Assembly (NCBI GenBank): GCA_964016885.1
Contig: OZ024745.1
Coordinates: 119,660,001-119,724,000, forward strand
Direction of reading: 5' to 3'
Source of the DNA: Eledone cirrhosa
Taxonomy: Eukaryota
DNA: 64,000 nt
Positions 1-13,739 of the stretch are shown one piece after another. A program made the position numbers and the translations under genes. How positions within the stretch are numbered: position 1 is the stretch's first letter; every line of letters begins with the position of its first letter. The notes beneath the pieces are model-generated. The model was not told the DNA's origin, ran no database searches, and saw nothing but the letters and a program-made list of their open reading frames with translations.

Positions 1-262
1 CTACTACTACTAATACTACTACTACTACTGTTGCTGCTGCTGCTAATACCACTACTACTGCTGCTGCTACTAATCTACTACTACTACTACTACTACTACT
101 AGTACTACTACTACTACTACTACTGCTACTACTACTACTACTACTACCACCAACACTACTACTACTTCTACTACTACTACTACTCCTCCTGCTGCTACTA
201 ATGCTGCTACTAAACTATTACTACTAGTGCTACTAAACTACGACTACTACTACCGCTACTAT

Positions 263-321
<59 letters not shown>

Positions 322-450
322 CTATTGCTACTAAACTACTACTACTGCTGCTACTAAACTACTACTACTGCTGCTACTACTACTACTACTAAACTACTAT
401 TGCTTCTGAACTACTGCTACTAAACTACTACTAAGCTACTACTGCTACTG
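1..450. repeat. Degenerate (CTA)n trinucleotide microsatellite
   Basis: CTA/CTG runs visible directly. Confidence 0.95.
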
Positions 451-562
451 TTGAAGGGAAATGTTCATCCCATCGATCCATCTACCTGGTATTTGATTTT
501 AGTGGTTCGTTAGATTGATATTCAACTTTGACCTCAGGTGTGATATATACTCAGAGCAGAAA

Positions 563-740
563 TAATTGTTTCTACTTTTGGCACAAGGCCAGCAATTTCC
601 CCAGTGTATTACTGGTGCTTTATTTTATCGAACCCGTAAGGATGAAAGGAAAAGTTAACCTCGGCGGGATTTGAACTCAGATCATAAAGGGCCGTAGCTC
701 TATGTCCGACTCCACCGATACTGCCAATTTACCGCCTATT
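563..740 (-). mobile_element. tRNA-derived SINE (probable Meta-type core), near full length
   Basis: Minus strand: A-box TGGCAGTATCGG, B-box GAGTTCAAATCC, core CCTTTCATCCTTACGGGTTCGATAAAATAAAG; 17-bp TSD CTCAGAGCAGAAATAAT at 550-566 and 741-757. Confidence 0.85.
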
Positions 741-821
741 CTCAGAGCAGAAATAATGTGACTAACTATCCCAATAGCATAAGAGACGAAGATATGACAA
801 GATCTGAATGTAAATTCATTG

Positions 822-1390
822 CTCAGTGTGCAAACATCTGGATATCGTGCGTCCTATATTTAGGACCAATGTGTCTGTAAAACTGTTCTTGGTGGCAGAG
901 ACAGACCCCAGCCTACTACCTCACAATCTAGTCAGGCCTTAGAAATGAATATAACAGAACACATTGTAGCTATACGCAGAAATAAGCGTGCATGCCATAT
1001 TGTTGATATTGTTGATAGCGTCCCAAGAAACCACAACATAATCTTGAAAGAATTTTTTTAAATATCAAATTATACTGATTTGAAGAACGAAATTTCAGGA
1101 ATGTATTCAGTGTGCAAACATCTGAATATCATGCGTCCTGTATGTAGGACCAACGTAACTGTAATACTGTCCTTGGTGGCAGAGACAGACCTCAGATAGA
1201 CTACTACCTGGCAATCCAGACATGCTTTAGAATTGATTATAACAACATACTGTAGCTATAGGCAGAAATAAGCCTGCATGCCATAGGTTGTTGATCATAG
1301 CGTTCCAAGAGGTCACATATAATCTCGAAAGAAATTTTTTTAAATAACAAAATATACTGATTTGAAGATCGAAATTTCACGAATGTGGTC
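822..1390. repeat. Diverged tandem duplication, two units of about 285 bp
   Basis: TCAGTGTGCAAACATCTG...GAAATTTCA occurs at about 822-1106 and 1107-1390. Confidence 0.85.
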
Positions 1391-1497
1391 AGTAGCACCT
1401 AACAATATGAAGATATTTCCAGATGTCATGAAGGACCACACGGTGGTATATATGAAAAGAAATAAGATTTCGCTTCAAGCATAGCTTTATAGAATAT

Positions 1498-1765
1498 GTA
1501 TAGAAATTTCGTATTTCTAGAGAAATACGGTTCTAGGACGCCGTAGCTATGCAAACACCAGGGAGCTAACGCCATCTGGTGATGTCCAGGAGAAGCAAGG
1601 GGGACAACCGTCTATACATTTTAGGCTTAACTGGCCTTCGTCAATGCATAGACGGTTGTCCCCCTTGCTTCTGCTGGACATCGCCAGAGGGCGTTAGCCC
1701 CCCGGTGCTTGCATAGCTACGGCTTCCTAAAACCGTATTTCTTTAGAAATATGAAATTTCTCTAT
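1498..1765. mobile_element. Fold-back MITE (about 120-bp imperfect arms, short spacer)
   Basis: AGAAATTTCGTATTTCTAGAGAAATACGG...GACAACCGTCTATACATT is mirrored by AATGCATAGACGGTTGTC...CCGTATTTCTTTAGAAATATGAAATTTCT; TA flanks. Confidence 0.8.
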
Positions 1766-2273
1766 ATATATATATGAAATACAAGCCCCGGCAAAATGCG
1801 GAGGAACTCAGCTGAGTCAACGACCATTCAAATAGTAGCATTTTTTGTTTGTTTGTTTTTTTCACCTGGGAGTGAAAGGACCCCAGTTTTTGTCACAACA
1901 CCTTACAAGGAGAGGGAAACTCTGAAAAACAACCTGCGGCTTTGGAAGCATCCAATGATGTTGACCAGTTCTCCTTTTCAGGTAGATGTTCAGAGAGTGT
2001 GATTGGTCGATTGCAAGACTTTTCCTCACTTAAAAAGCCTTCAAAGCAGAGGCATTGCTTGTTCAAAATCTGCTACAGGATCGTGTGGCTGGCAGTAGCC
2101 TAAAAGTGCACCAAACTCTATGATCTGATAAGCGATTGCAATACTATTAGCAGAGTTTGTGGCCATCATATATATATATATATATATATAAAGAATTTCG
2201 TTTTCAAATATAAAAACTAGAAAGAAGTAGGCTAAGAAGTTATATTGGCTAAAAAAACAAGGTAATTTATTAT

Positions 2274-2464
2274 AATTATTTCTACTATTGGCACAAGGCC
2301 AGCAATTATCCCTGTGCACTACTGGTACTTTATTTTATCGACCTCGTAACGGTGAAAGGCAAAGTTAATCTCAGCGGAATTTTAACTCAGACCATAAAGA
2401 GACGCAACTCTATGCTGGAAAGCATGGCGTCCGACCCTCTACCGATACTGCTAATTCACCGCCC
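2274..2464 (-). mobile_element. tRNA-derived SINE copy
   Basis: Same sequence family as 563-740. Confidence 0.85.
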
Positions 2465-2606
2465 TTTATTATAATAAACTGTACACAAGACTGTGTATCA
2501 TACTTCCTTAGAACAAAATAAGTCCCAATAAGCACTAAACAATCAATATTTGTTACCAAACTCTATTTGGTAATACTTTAATGAATTATATGTATGTATA
2601 TATATG

Positions 2607-2679
<73 letters not shown>

Positions 2680-3039
2680 CTAACCTGATTAGTTTCTTCG
2701 TTGCTTTTGGTATTGTGTGGCTAGGTCTGCCTGCAACAATTTTCAATTTGTCAAGCTGTCTAAACGTATGTTATTACTCTAAGGCGCTACCTTATTGATG
2801 CTTTGCTGTTCATTCCTAATTGTAGGTCGTTTTGCTTGGTCACAGCCAAAGCTTCGATTTTACATAGCTTCCACTGATATATATATAAAATAACAGATTA
2901 ATGTTAAAGCAAAGAATGGTTGCTTTCACCCTTAATAGATATGGTTTCTACAGAATTAGAACTGTTTCATTTATACTCTGCTATGTATTGAGTACCTTAC
3001 ATACTGTGGTTACCCCCCGATTGAACCCTGGATACACTT

Positions 3040-3072
<33 letters not shown>

Positions 3073-4131
3073 TTACATGTATGTATGTTTACATATATGT
3101 ATATATATTTCTGCTAGTGTTTTCATGTAATGAGGCAGATCAACAGGCATATGCACATTTTTAAACTATGGGCAATCAGGTCACTGCGATGATCTTCATT
3201 TCACTCAGTATTTAATACATTAAAGGTCTCCGTACTTCTTGTCCTTCTGTAAAACTATAGTATTGTTAGATCACAACTCACACATGTTCTACTTTGGTTG
3301 TATATTTAATTCGATTCTACAGCTCAACTCCGATTACCAGTGATAGTTTTATATTAAGTCACATACGTCCTATTATATTTGACAGCAAGCTTGTCGTTTT
3401 AATAGATGGTTATCTTGGTGAAATTTCATTTCATATCATTCAGTTTTCAGAAGGCAACATTGATTAGAATATTATGAATATAGTTAATTAAATTATCAAA
3501 TGAAATACTGATTAAAATTCATAGAATATATTTAGACTTTATGATTCATACGCTTGATAAAATATTACAGATTCACACTTAATATAACTGCATAGTATGT
3601 ATTGATATTAAAACAATTATATAAAGACAGTCATGATAAAAACAATTGTATTGTTATAAAATGTATAATTATGTAATCTTATAATGTTGGGAACATGAAG
3701 GCAAATATGTGAATGGTGGATGTCAAATCGTTGTTTCAACTTCATGAATTTTAATTGTTCTGGAGTTATTTCTCGGTTTTATCACACAACTAATGAAATA
3801 AATAATCATTAATATTTCATAATTGCGAATTCAGTCGATTACTCTAACCTCCTTGTCCTTAAAAACAATTACTTTAAGTTGATTATTAAAAAACTAATTT
3901 TAACAAAAATGAAATATTAAAATGGATCTTTAAAATTACAACTTCGAATATATGAGATTCACACAGCACACATGACCTATTAAGATTATTTCTGATTTAG
4001 CTATTGTAAAGTTTCCGAATTCTCAGATTGTATGCAAAATATATTATTCTTTATACGAATTACACAGCAGACTTCTACTTTTCTTGCGGTGTTGCAATAT
4101 TTGTTGTATTTCTCATTGTTTTCACCACGTA

Positions 4132-4975
4132 CGAGGTAAGTTCAAAAAGTATCCTACCTCTGGGCACAAAAGAAGAAAAATTAAAGAATCAATTTTGTAG
4201 TTCACAAATTGTATGTAATCACCTTCAAAATACCCTCCTTAGAAGTTCACCTACTTCTCTCAGTGATTCTGCCACTGTTAGTAAAACTTCTGACACACCT
4301 TCTCCGGAATGCTAGAAGCTCCACTGTTGCTTTTCTCATAATTTCCTCTCGCGACTCAAATCTCTTCCCTTTCAGTATGGTTTTCAGATTGGGGAGGAGC
4401 CATCTGTCACAGTATGCCAACACGGGAGAGCAGAGTACCTGTCGTATAAGTGTGTTGTTCTTGACCAGGAAATCTTGGATTGTGTAGGCGGAATGAGCGA
4501 GTTCATTGTTGTGGTAAAGTTGACAATTCTTCGCCACCCACATATCCAGCCTCTTTCCGTGCACGGCATCACGAAACTGACGTATAACTTCCAGGTAGTA
4601 TTCCTCACTGATAATTTGACCTTGTGGTGCGTATTCCTAATCCACAATACCACAGGAGTCAAAGAAACAGGTTGACATTACCTTGACATTGCTGATGACG
4701 GGTCCTTCCATTGGGAGGACTGGAACTTGGTTTCTGGGTTGTAATCTTAAACACATATCTCATCACCAGTAATGATGGTCTTCATTAACTCTGGGCCGTA
4801 GTTTACACAGTCCAACATGTCCTGAGCGATTTCCATGCAGAGTTGCTTTGAGCTTGAGTATTATCAAACCTTTGGCTGGAAGGATGGCGTCACCTCTCAA
4901 CCGAATAATTTTGCCCATGCGTCATTAGTTTTGACGGGGGAAAAATAAAGTCGGATACTTTTTGAACGCATCTCG
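4132..4975 (-). mobile_element. Mariner transposon relic, internally deleted
   Basis: TA-flanked TIRs CGAGGTAAGTTCAAAAAGTATCC / GGATACTTTTTGAACGCATCTCG; decayed motifs YHNNELAH (HDNAPAH) and SPVLAYCDRWLLPNLK (YSPDLAPCDFFLFPKLK). Confidence 0.85.
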
Positions 4976-6719
4976 TATAGAATATTTTTTTAATTAAAGA
5001 TTCAGGAACACTATTTTGAGAAATATGCGCTCTATTATGAGTAGGTAAATATATTGGCCAGGTTACACTGTTGATGATATAATGTCAAATAACATCCCCT
5101 TGTTCTCTTAGTTTCATTAATTCCGCATGAATTATAACAATCTGCTCTTCGGAATAATGAAGGGTATTAATTTTCAATCATCTTCAATATATTTTCTAGT
5201 CCTTAATGAAGGATGTTAATTTCTAGAGATAGGCATTTGGTAAGAAGGGTCAAAACCTTCCATTTATTTTCAATTTAAATCTTTCCTTTGAGTCATTAAT
5301 GAAAAAAACGGAAATCTGACCATCTTGTTTTATGCATAAACATAATACTTTCTCAGAAAGCAATACAAATACCTAATGTGGTGTATATTCCGTTTGAGCA
5401 GATTTTTCAGTTTAATATTGATTCTATGGGACTGCTTCTAAGCATTTTATAGGGCTCTTAAAGGCATAATCGTATTTAAGGAATAAATCATGTAAATACA
5501 GAAAAAGAAAATTTTTTAATGCAAATGAAAAAAAAAAGAACATTTAGATTGAGAAGAATGGTATGTAAAATAGGAAAATATAAAGAAAAATAGAAAAAGA
5601 AAAAAAACGGAAAGGGGAGGGAACTCTAGTGTCATAGAAGAATAAGGAAGGGGGCTTTCTATAACAGTTTCTCGCATTAACAAATGTAAATTTTGTTTTT
5701 ACTATCTGAAGCCGCACATCAATTTTCTTTATATATATATGATTGACTAGACACACGCATGGCTTTTCCCCAAATGTTTCCACGTGTCCTCCTTTTACTC
5801 TCTTCTATATTTCTATTTTGTCTTTTATTTCAGACTCCTTCCCTACTATTTCAAGCGTTAAACTAATATATACCTTCATTGTACTGTATAGTTCACTGTG
5901 TTTTTTTCCATTTACTTTTCGCATAAATAAATATTGTTTATTTTAGCTCATTATTAAAACTTATCCAACAGCAGATGTATATATTTAAGTAATTAATGGG
6001 GTCTGTGGGTTAATTTCAGACAACATTTTTGGCTATCGAAAGAAATACACCACTTAAAAGCCTGTGACAAAGTTTATTATATTTATTATATCTCCTAATT
6101 CGTATATTAAATATAAAAGAGAAGAATACATTATCACTTTCACGAAACCTACGTCTACATGAAATTTCTTAGACAGAAACTGTGTGGGCTATACATGTAA
6201 TTAAAAGACCATTCTTTTTTTTAATACCGTGTCTGATTCTATTTGGGAATTTCAATGAAGTACTGTGGCCTGTAAAATACCTAGATAGTTTGTACACTAA
6301 TTAAATGAGCAATTCGTCCAGTGGATCGAACATCTAGGAACTCACGTCCTTCTCGGCGGAATATCTATCATAAGATTGTGTATGTTTGTGTGTGTGTATG
6401 TGTGTGTGTGTGTGTGGACAACTGTTATTGCATATATGTACGTTTTAACACAGGGATGTCAACATCACCGTCAACAAAAGTGAAGAAAACAACCTATACA
6501 AAAGAGACATTACTGAAATTGTAACACAACAGTAAATACAATGCAATGCGAGGGGTGCTTCGGAATAAGTACAGTTAAGACATCAGATAAACTCTTTGAT
6601 AAGAAAAAACAAATTATTTACCTATTTCATAAGTATTCTGTGGTTTTTTCACGTTTATCATTATTGAGTAAATTAAATATTTATCGAACACAAAGGTATC
6701 ACTTTATTTTGTCTTCATG

Positions 6720-6798
<79 letters not shown>

Positions 6799-6892
6799 AA
6801 ATATATATATATATATATATACAGAGCACCAATCCTAATACCATATATATATATATGATATAAAATCAAAAGATGGTTAAAAGATGTCCATG

Positions 6893-6933
6893 TATTTCAT
6901 TATGCGCATTTCAAGTTCTCATCAGATAAAATA
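6893..6933 (-). ncRNA. Type I hammerhead ribozyme, family A, stem II collapsed
   Basis: Minus: TATTTTAT-CTGATGA-gaactt-GAAA-TGCGCA-TA-ATGAAATA. Confidence 0.65.
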
Positions 6934-7894
6934 GGGAGACATGATATGAACCTTAAAAAGCACTTGCGAGCAGTGAAGTGTCAAATCAACATATGAAAAA
7001 TAAAATTAGAGGGATATATGAGATTGGAAAAAAGGAAAGGAAGGGGGAAAGAAAAGGTAAGGAAGAGGAAGAAAAATATAGATAGAAGAAAAATAAATAA
7101 TAAGGAAAGGATGACGGAGAAGGAGTATAAGAAGGAAGGATGAGAGAGGAGGAGAAAATGAGTAAGAGAGAGAGATATAACCTTTAATACTGAGAAACAC
7201 TGTCTCACAGAAAAAAAAAACCGTTGTAAGATAATACATAATTTTAAAAAATTAAGAAATTAAAAGTTAATGAGGTTTATGAATGGTGATGCTTATGATT
7301 AAAGAAAAAGGAATTAAGAATACTATTTATTTAAGGTTTATATATTGAAGGGTTTAATGATATGTGCGAAATTGAATTTATTAAAATGTATTATTAAAAT
7401 AAAATATATTAAGAAGATAAGGTGAATGAAGATAAGGTTATATGAATTATGAACTTAGAGGAATTAATTACGGTCCGAGTTTGTTTCTATATATTGTAAT
7501 AGGGAAAAGTAAATAATAGAGTTAATACGAGCGTGGAAAGAGAGAAGAAAGAAAAGATTCAATGAAGAAAAAATATATAACGTCAAATAAATATGCTTAC
7601 AAAATTTATCTAATGGTAATATTAGTATATATTAAAAATAAAAATTTATATGGCCAAGAATATAAGGAAAATGCTATAGTGAGTTATAAGATGAATTAAG
7701 AAGTAATTGAGAAGTAAAAGCTGCAGATTAAAGATTAGAAATTTAAAAAAAGAAGAAAAATTAGGGGACCGCTAACGACATAGTATGAGTAATATTTTAT
7801 AATATACTGAAATAAGGTAGAAAGATGTGTATATTTGTAAAAAATAATAAAAGTGTTTGAGAAAAAGATTTTAAACTAATTAGGTAGTAAGATA

Positions 7895-8770
7895 TTAGCT
7901 GTATACTTTATGGAAAGTTCTATGGGATTTATGCAAGCAGAGTGAAAATAAATCCGTACGTCTATTTATTATAGAATTAAAATTAGAGATAATGGTAAAT
8001 TTTTCCGCTAGGCAGAGATTACATGTTCTGGATAGGGAAGAATTAAGGTAAGGAGAGGCGTTGCAAACCTTTCTCCAAGAAATGTTGTAGTTAATATTTT
8101 TGTCCTTTAAGGACCATATGAGTTCTGAAAGTGCTGTGTTAGTACTTTTAAGTGGGTATCTAAAAGAAGAATTGTGATTATAAAATCTTGCCTTAAAGGA
8201 AGTGGAAGTGGAACCAAAGTACGTAAAAGAATTAGTACCAGTTATAACCTTACATTCATACACTAAATTTTTATCAAGACATTGGTTACTAAGAGGACAT
8301 TTAGTTCTAATATGGCAATTGCAATTACGATTAGAGTAATTACAAGAGTTATTACCAAGTGACCCAGTATTATTTATAGAAAGAATTGATTTGGAGAAGT
8401 TACTTACGATAGGTCCTAAAGTTTCCTGATTTAGATTGGTGTTATGAACATTCGACAAAGTTGCGTTTGACGTCGTATTTAAATTTACAGAATCTAGCCT
8501 AGAGTTAACATTGACGTCGGGCCTACTATTGTTATTATTATGACCCTCAGTGTTGGATGGAGACGATTTATTATTTAATACTTTAGTATTATGTTTTGAG
8601 ATAATGTTAGAGATGTTGGAAGTTGTGGAATAAGAGAATTTAATTGTATGTTTATTAAAGATCTTACTATAAATATATGAAGGAGGGAAGCATTTATCTA
8701 AGGCCCTAAAAAATAGTTTAGGAATATTACTAATCATAGATAGAGAAAAAGGAGCGTTGTACCAAATCAT
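7895..8770 (-). pseudogene. PLE linker plus GIY-YIG endonuclease domain
   Basis: IWYNAPFS...CNCHIRTKCPLSNQCL..LVYECKV...YFGST.TSFKARFYNH...LSELIW.LK...CNLCLAEK...INRRTDL...CLH; upstream GTYRDDAL and FLDISLNL RT fragments. Confidence 0.85.
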
Positions 8771-10461
8771 ATTTTTATAAGTAGGTCTTTTCTTTATGCT
8801 ATTGGAATGCTTGTAACTAACTATATGATTGGTTTCTTTATTGTATTTAATTTTGTCAGGATAATCGGCTCTGGAAAGCGCATTGTTGTAATAATTGGCT
8901 TTAGCGTCAAAGATAAGTTTATTAGAAGATAGATTTGAGATTCTTTTTTCAACATTACTGACTATAGCATTTTTAACGTTAATAGGGTGGTTAGATTTAA
9001 AATTAACATAATTTAGATTCTCATTGTTTTTATGGTAAGATTAATATAGGCCGGTGTCAAGATTAAGGGATATATCCAGGAAGTTAGGCAGTTTGACGTT
9101 GTTTTCAAATTCAATTTTTAGGTTATGGTGCTTAACTAAGTTACAGTTTAAGACAGTAAAAAGGGCATCGTCACGATAAGTTCCACCGCGAAGTTGAGAT
9201 ATATCCCTTAATCTTGACATGGATATATCTCTTAATCTTGACACCGGCCTATAATACCCTTACCATAAAGACAATGATAATCTAAATTATGTTAATTTGA
9301 AATCTAACCACCCTATTAACGTTAAAAATGCTATAGTCAGTAATGGTGAAAAAAGAATCTCAAATCTCTCTTCTAATATACATATCTTTGACGCTAAAGC
9401 CAATTATTCCAACAATAAATAGACGTACAGATTTATTTTAGCTCTGCTTGCATAAATCCCATAGAACTTTCCATAAAGTATACAGCTAATATCTTACTAC
9501 CTAATTAGTTTAAAATCTTTTTCTCAAACACTTTTATATTTTTTTACAAATTTACCCATCTTTCTACCTTATTTCAGTATATTATAAAATATTACTCATA
9601 CTATATCGTTAGCGGTCCCCTAATTTTTCTTCTTTTTTTAATTTCTAATCTTTAATCTGCAGCTTTTACTTCTCAATTACTTCTTAATTCATCTTATAAC
9701 TCACTATAGCATTTTCCTTATATTCTCGGCCATACAAATTTTTATTTTTAATATATACTAATATTACCATTAGAGAAATTTTGTAAACATATTTTTTTGA
9801 CGTTATATATTTTTTCTTCATTGAATCTTTTCTTTCTTCTCTCTTTCCACGCTCGTATTAACTCTATTATTTACTTTTTTCTATTACAATATATAGAAAC
9901 AAACTCGGACCGTTAATTAATTCCTCTAAGTTCATAATTCTTTTAACCTTATCTTCATTCACCTTATCTTCTTAATATATTTTATTTTAATAATACATTT
10001 TAATAAATTCCTTTTCGCACATCTTATTAAACCCTTCAATATATAAATCTTAAATAAATAGTATTCTTAATTCCTTTTTCTTTAATCATAAGCATCACCA
10101 TTCATAAACCTCATTAACTTTTAATTTCTTAATTTTTTTAAATTATGTATTATCTTACAACGGTTTTATTTTTATTTTTCTCTGTGAGACAGTGTTTCTC
10201 AGTATTAAAGGTTATATATATCTCTCTCACCCATTTTCTCCTCCTCTCTCATCCTTCCTTCTTATACTCCTCCTCTGTCATCCTTTCCTTATTATTATTT
10301 TTTTGTCTTCTATCTATATTTTTCTTCCCATTCTTTACCTTTTCTTTCCCCCTTCCTTTCCTTTTTTCCAATCTCATATATCCCTCTAATTTTATTTTTC
10401 ATATGTTGATTTGACACTTCACTGCTCGCAAGTGTTTTTTAAGGTTCATATCATGTCTCCC

Positions 10462-10532
10462 TATTTTATCTGATGAGAACGCAAATATCATCCCATGATG
10501 ATATTTGTTTTTGAAATGCGGATAATGAAATA
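10462..10532 (+). ncRNA. Type I hammerhead ribozyme, family A (PLE 3' repeat)
   Basis: TATTTTAT-CTGATGA-long stem II-GAAA-TGCGGA-TA-ATGAAATA. Confidence 0.8.
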
Positions 10533-10652
10533 CATGGAACTCCTTTAACCATCTTTTGATTCTATATTATTTATACTCCAGTCCTATAAACTGTTGGGTG
10601 CTATTTATCCGATATTTGCATTGCTTTATTCTGCTACAATAAAACTCACCTC

Positions 10653-10805
<153 letters not shown>

Positions 10806-10960
10806 AAGGTTAAACAAGGTTCAATGATTAAATCAAAGAATAACGTTTTACAATAGATTAGAAGCACTCCACAGCTTTGGTTTTCCAGAGTTATTAATAT
10901 TAATTCAAAATATTAACAAAAATAGACATCTACTTAGTCAGGGTATGTCATGCATCATCT

Positions 10961-11027
10961 TATTGTATCTGATGAGGACGTACTGTTGAAGATAGCTCAG
11001 TACCTCTGAAATATGTATAATAAAATA
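10961..11027 (+). ncRNA. Type I hammerhead ribozyme, family A2
   Basis: TATTGTAT-CTGATGA-(GTACTG...CAGTAC)-GAAA-TATGTA-TA-ATAAAATA inside a TA-flanked island at 10802-11072. Confidence 0.7.
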
Positions 11028-11071
11028 TACTCGATCACACGAATGTCTATTTCTGATATTATTTTGAATTA

Positions 11072-11103
<32 letters not shown>

Positions 11104-11236
11104 ATATATATATATAAATATATATTTATATATACGTGTGTATAATGGTAGCTATGGTGCTTCCATAGGCGGTATGCCAAAATTAGCACTCAATATTCAT
11201 ACAGAGCAGAGTATGAATAGTATAAATAAACGAAAC

Positions 11237-11905
11237 ATCAGTGATGCATCTGGACTCAGTTTATTGCGTGTTACAATTGTTTCGCCGGCAGGTAGTTCGA
11301 GACATGATCATTGTATGGATGTGGCTGATTCTACGGCTGCAGGTCGCTTCGGACATGGGCAATTCGTTCGGAGCAAATTTTCTCACTCGGGTGTTATCGT
11401 CAAAAAACACCTTCAAAAAACCGCTTCCACTCTTGTCATGCCATTTGCTGTTGTTATTCTACGTCATCATAAGTTCTGGTCACTATTTACTGCTACACTG
11501 GTCATCAGCCATCTTCCGTCCGACACACTTCAATGGAGCCATGCTGAGTTTGGTATCTCACACGTCTGTTCACACTCCAGAGTATGTGCCCACATATACA
11601 CACACACACGCGAGCAGGCACACACACATGCATGCATACTCATGTGTACGCATACATATGTAGACACACATACCCCGATGCACATATATACACGCACACA
11701 CTCTCCCTCTCTTCCACAAACCCGGTGAAGGTGTTTTTCGACGATAACACCCCAGTGAGAAAATTTGCTCCAAACGAATTGCCTGTGTCTGAAGGAACCT
11801 GCAGCCGTAGAATCAGCCAGATCCACACCATGTTCATGTCTCGAGCTACCTGCCGTCAAAAGAATTGTAACACGCAATAAACTGAGTCCAGATGCATCAC
11901 TGATT
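11237..11905. mobile_element. Non-autonomous DNA transposon/MITE with about 180-bp TIRs
   Basis: CAGTGATGCATCTGGACTCAG...CACCTTCA (about 11237-11415) is inverted at about 11725-11905. Confidence 0.8.
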
Positions 11906-12483
11906 TTTCATTTTTTATACTATATATATATATGTATATATACTTGCTTGTGTTGCCAAATAATCATAAATGTTTATGTTAATGTGGGTGTGCGCTTGTG
12001 TGCATGTATCTGTGGTTGACTGCGTGTGAATACGTATGCATGTAAATATATTTTTTCAAGAACGCATTTATTTTCGTTTCAAGAATTGAGAGATTATATT
12101 ATATACTGTATATTAATTTCCTTTCATTGTGTTCTATATTTTCTAAATAACAATGTGTTCATCCATATTCTTGATTTAATACATGTTTTTTAATGTATCG
12201 TTTGAGGAAATATTTAACACTTTATTCTTGTTCTACTTTTACCCCAACAGGGTATAGAATGGTGTTTGTGACATTCCGTTGAAAAAGCTATCTAACAACT
12301 TTAATTGATACTTTTATCAATGTACAGAACAGGCTACACAATTGTGTCCAGTGCATAGAAAATATATCGAATATATTAAGCATTGTGTTATGAAAGAAAG
12401 TTTGAATTTTACATTATTTTGCACTAGAACATTCTGCCCCTAAATAACCTCAGAAAAATATGAAATAGGTATGCTTATACGTA

Positions 12484-12672
12484 AATAATTGTTTCTACTT
12501 TTGGCACAAGGCCAGCAATTATCGCAGTACTTAACTGGTACTTTATTTTATCGACCCCGTAAGTATGACAGACAAAGTTAACCTCGGTGGGATTTGAACT
12601 CAGATCATGAAGTGCCTTAACTCTATACTGCAAAGTTCCAACCCTCTACCGATACTGCCAATCCACCACCCT
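12484..12672 (-). mobile_element. tRNA-derived SINE copy
   Basis: Family match; degenerate TSD CTTATACGTAAATAAT / CTTATGCGTAATTAAT. Confidence 0.85.
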
Positions 12673-13106
12673 TATGCGTAATTAATACACCCCTTTAGAG
12701 GCTTGAAGTAAGTTATAGTTTTGAGGCAAGAACTTAAAGTAATATCAAGGAAGACCGAGTAGAGAGAAAATAGCTAGAAAGAGAAAAGCACGTGAGTAAA
12801 TTCTTTAGCATAGTATTTACCTGTTAATTTCAAATACCACCCAGACCGGTTTTAGGTTAGATTTCTTTTGTATTGATAAGATACTTACCAATAAAACACT
12901 AGCATCAATTAGGCCGGATATCATTTTACGTACCAAGATAATGGCTAGGTTTTAATGCATGATCAAATTTCATTCAATTATATATTTTCTCTATTTTCCT
13001 CATTGATATATCATAGAGCAGCACAGCTTGCACTATCTGAAAATGAGTGATGCTAGGGCTGTGAAATCCTGCATGCATTAATTCCAACTCATGTTATTAA
13101 TAACTA

Positions 13107-13642
13107 CCATATATACCGGCGTACAAGTCGATCTGGTGCATTTGTCAACCCCTAAAATTCTTAGGTTTTATTCAAGTTTAGGCCTATATTCGCTGGATAA
13201 GACCCCCCCCCCCAAAAAAAAAGGCAGTTGCAGGGGATATAAGTAAAACATTTAGTGGCGCGTTAAAGGCTAAGACACTTCTTCTAAAACATTTAAGTCG
13301 CAAGTGAGTTCTAACTCACTGAGTAAACCAGCCTAGCCTAACCTTAACGAACATATGGTAACCTACCCTATGAGCTACGGCAACTATTTGATATTTTTAT
13401 AATATCTACATTAAATGATATCTACATTAATCTAATTAACAAATATGAGATTCAGTAGGAAATAATTGTGGTGGGCTGCTAGAGTTATGGTAAGTGGTGT
13501 AAAACAAGTGTTAGGCAGGCAGTTTAACTGTTTACCCATCAATGGTAAAGGTTCACAATTAATATTCGGCGGGCAAGACGACCCATGCTTTTGGAGAGAT
13601 TTTTTAGGCTCCAACTGTCGACGTGTATGACGGCACATACGG
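13107..13642. mobile_element. Pogo-like (Tc1/mariner superfamily) MITE
   Basis: TA-flanked imperfect TIRs CCATATATACCGGCGTACAAGTCGA / TCGACGTGTATGACGGCACATACGG. Confidence 0.6.
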
Positions 13643-13739
13643 TACATTGTTTCACTATAGGTAAACTGATATCTGGCTGTTCTAAGAAGTCTTCAATAGT
13701 AACTAGTAACGACGTTTCTTAAAGATGGTCAAAATTTGA

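Larger units (their letters stand above)
6858..10635. mobile_element. Penelope-like retroelement (probably Hydra-type), 5'-truncated, as a large inverted repeat between microsatellites
   Basis: Minus arm 6858-9200 has RT motif YRDD, RT tail, GIY-YIG and long 3' UTR; plus arm 9225-10635 is its reverse complement with an internal deletion; a hammerhead lies in each arm. Confidence 0.85.

Noticed and set aside
660-740. tRNA-like A/B boxes
   Set aside because: SINE head; no complete cloverleaf
1960-2060. SVIGRLQDF resembling a Harbinger transposase motif
   Set aside because: Single short motif with no TIRs or other catalytic motifs
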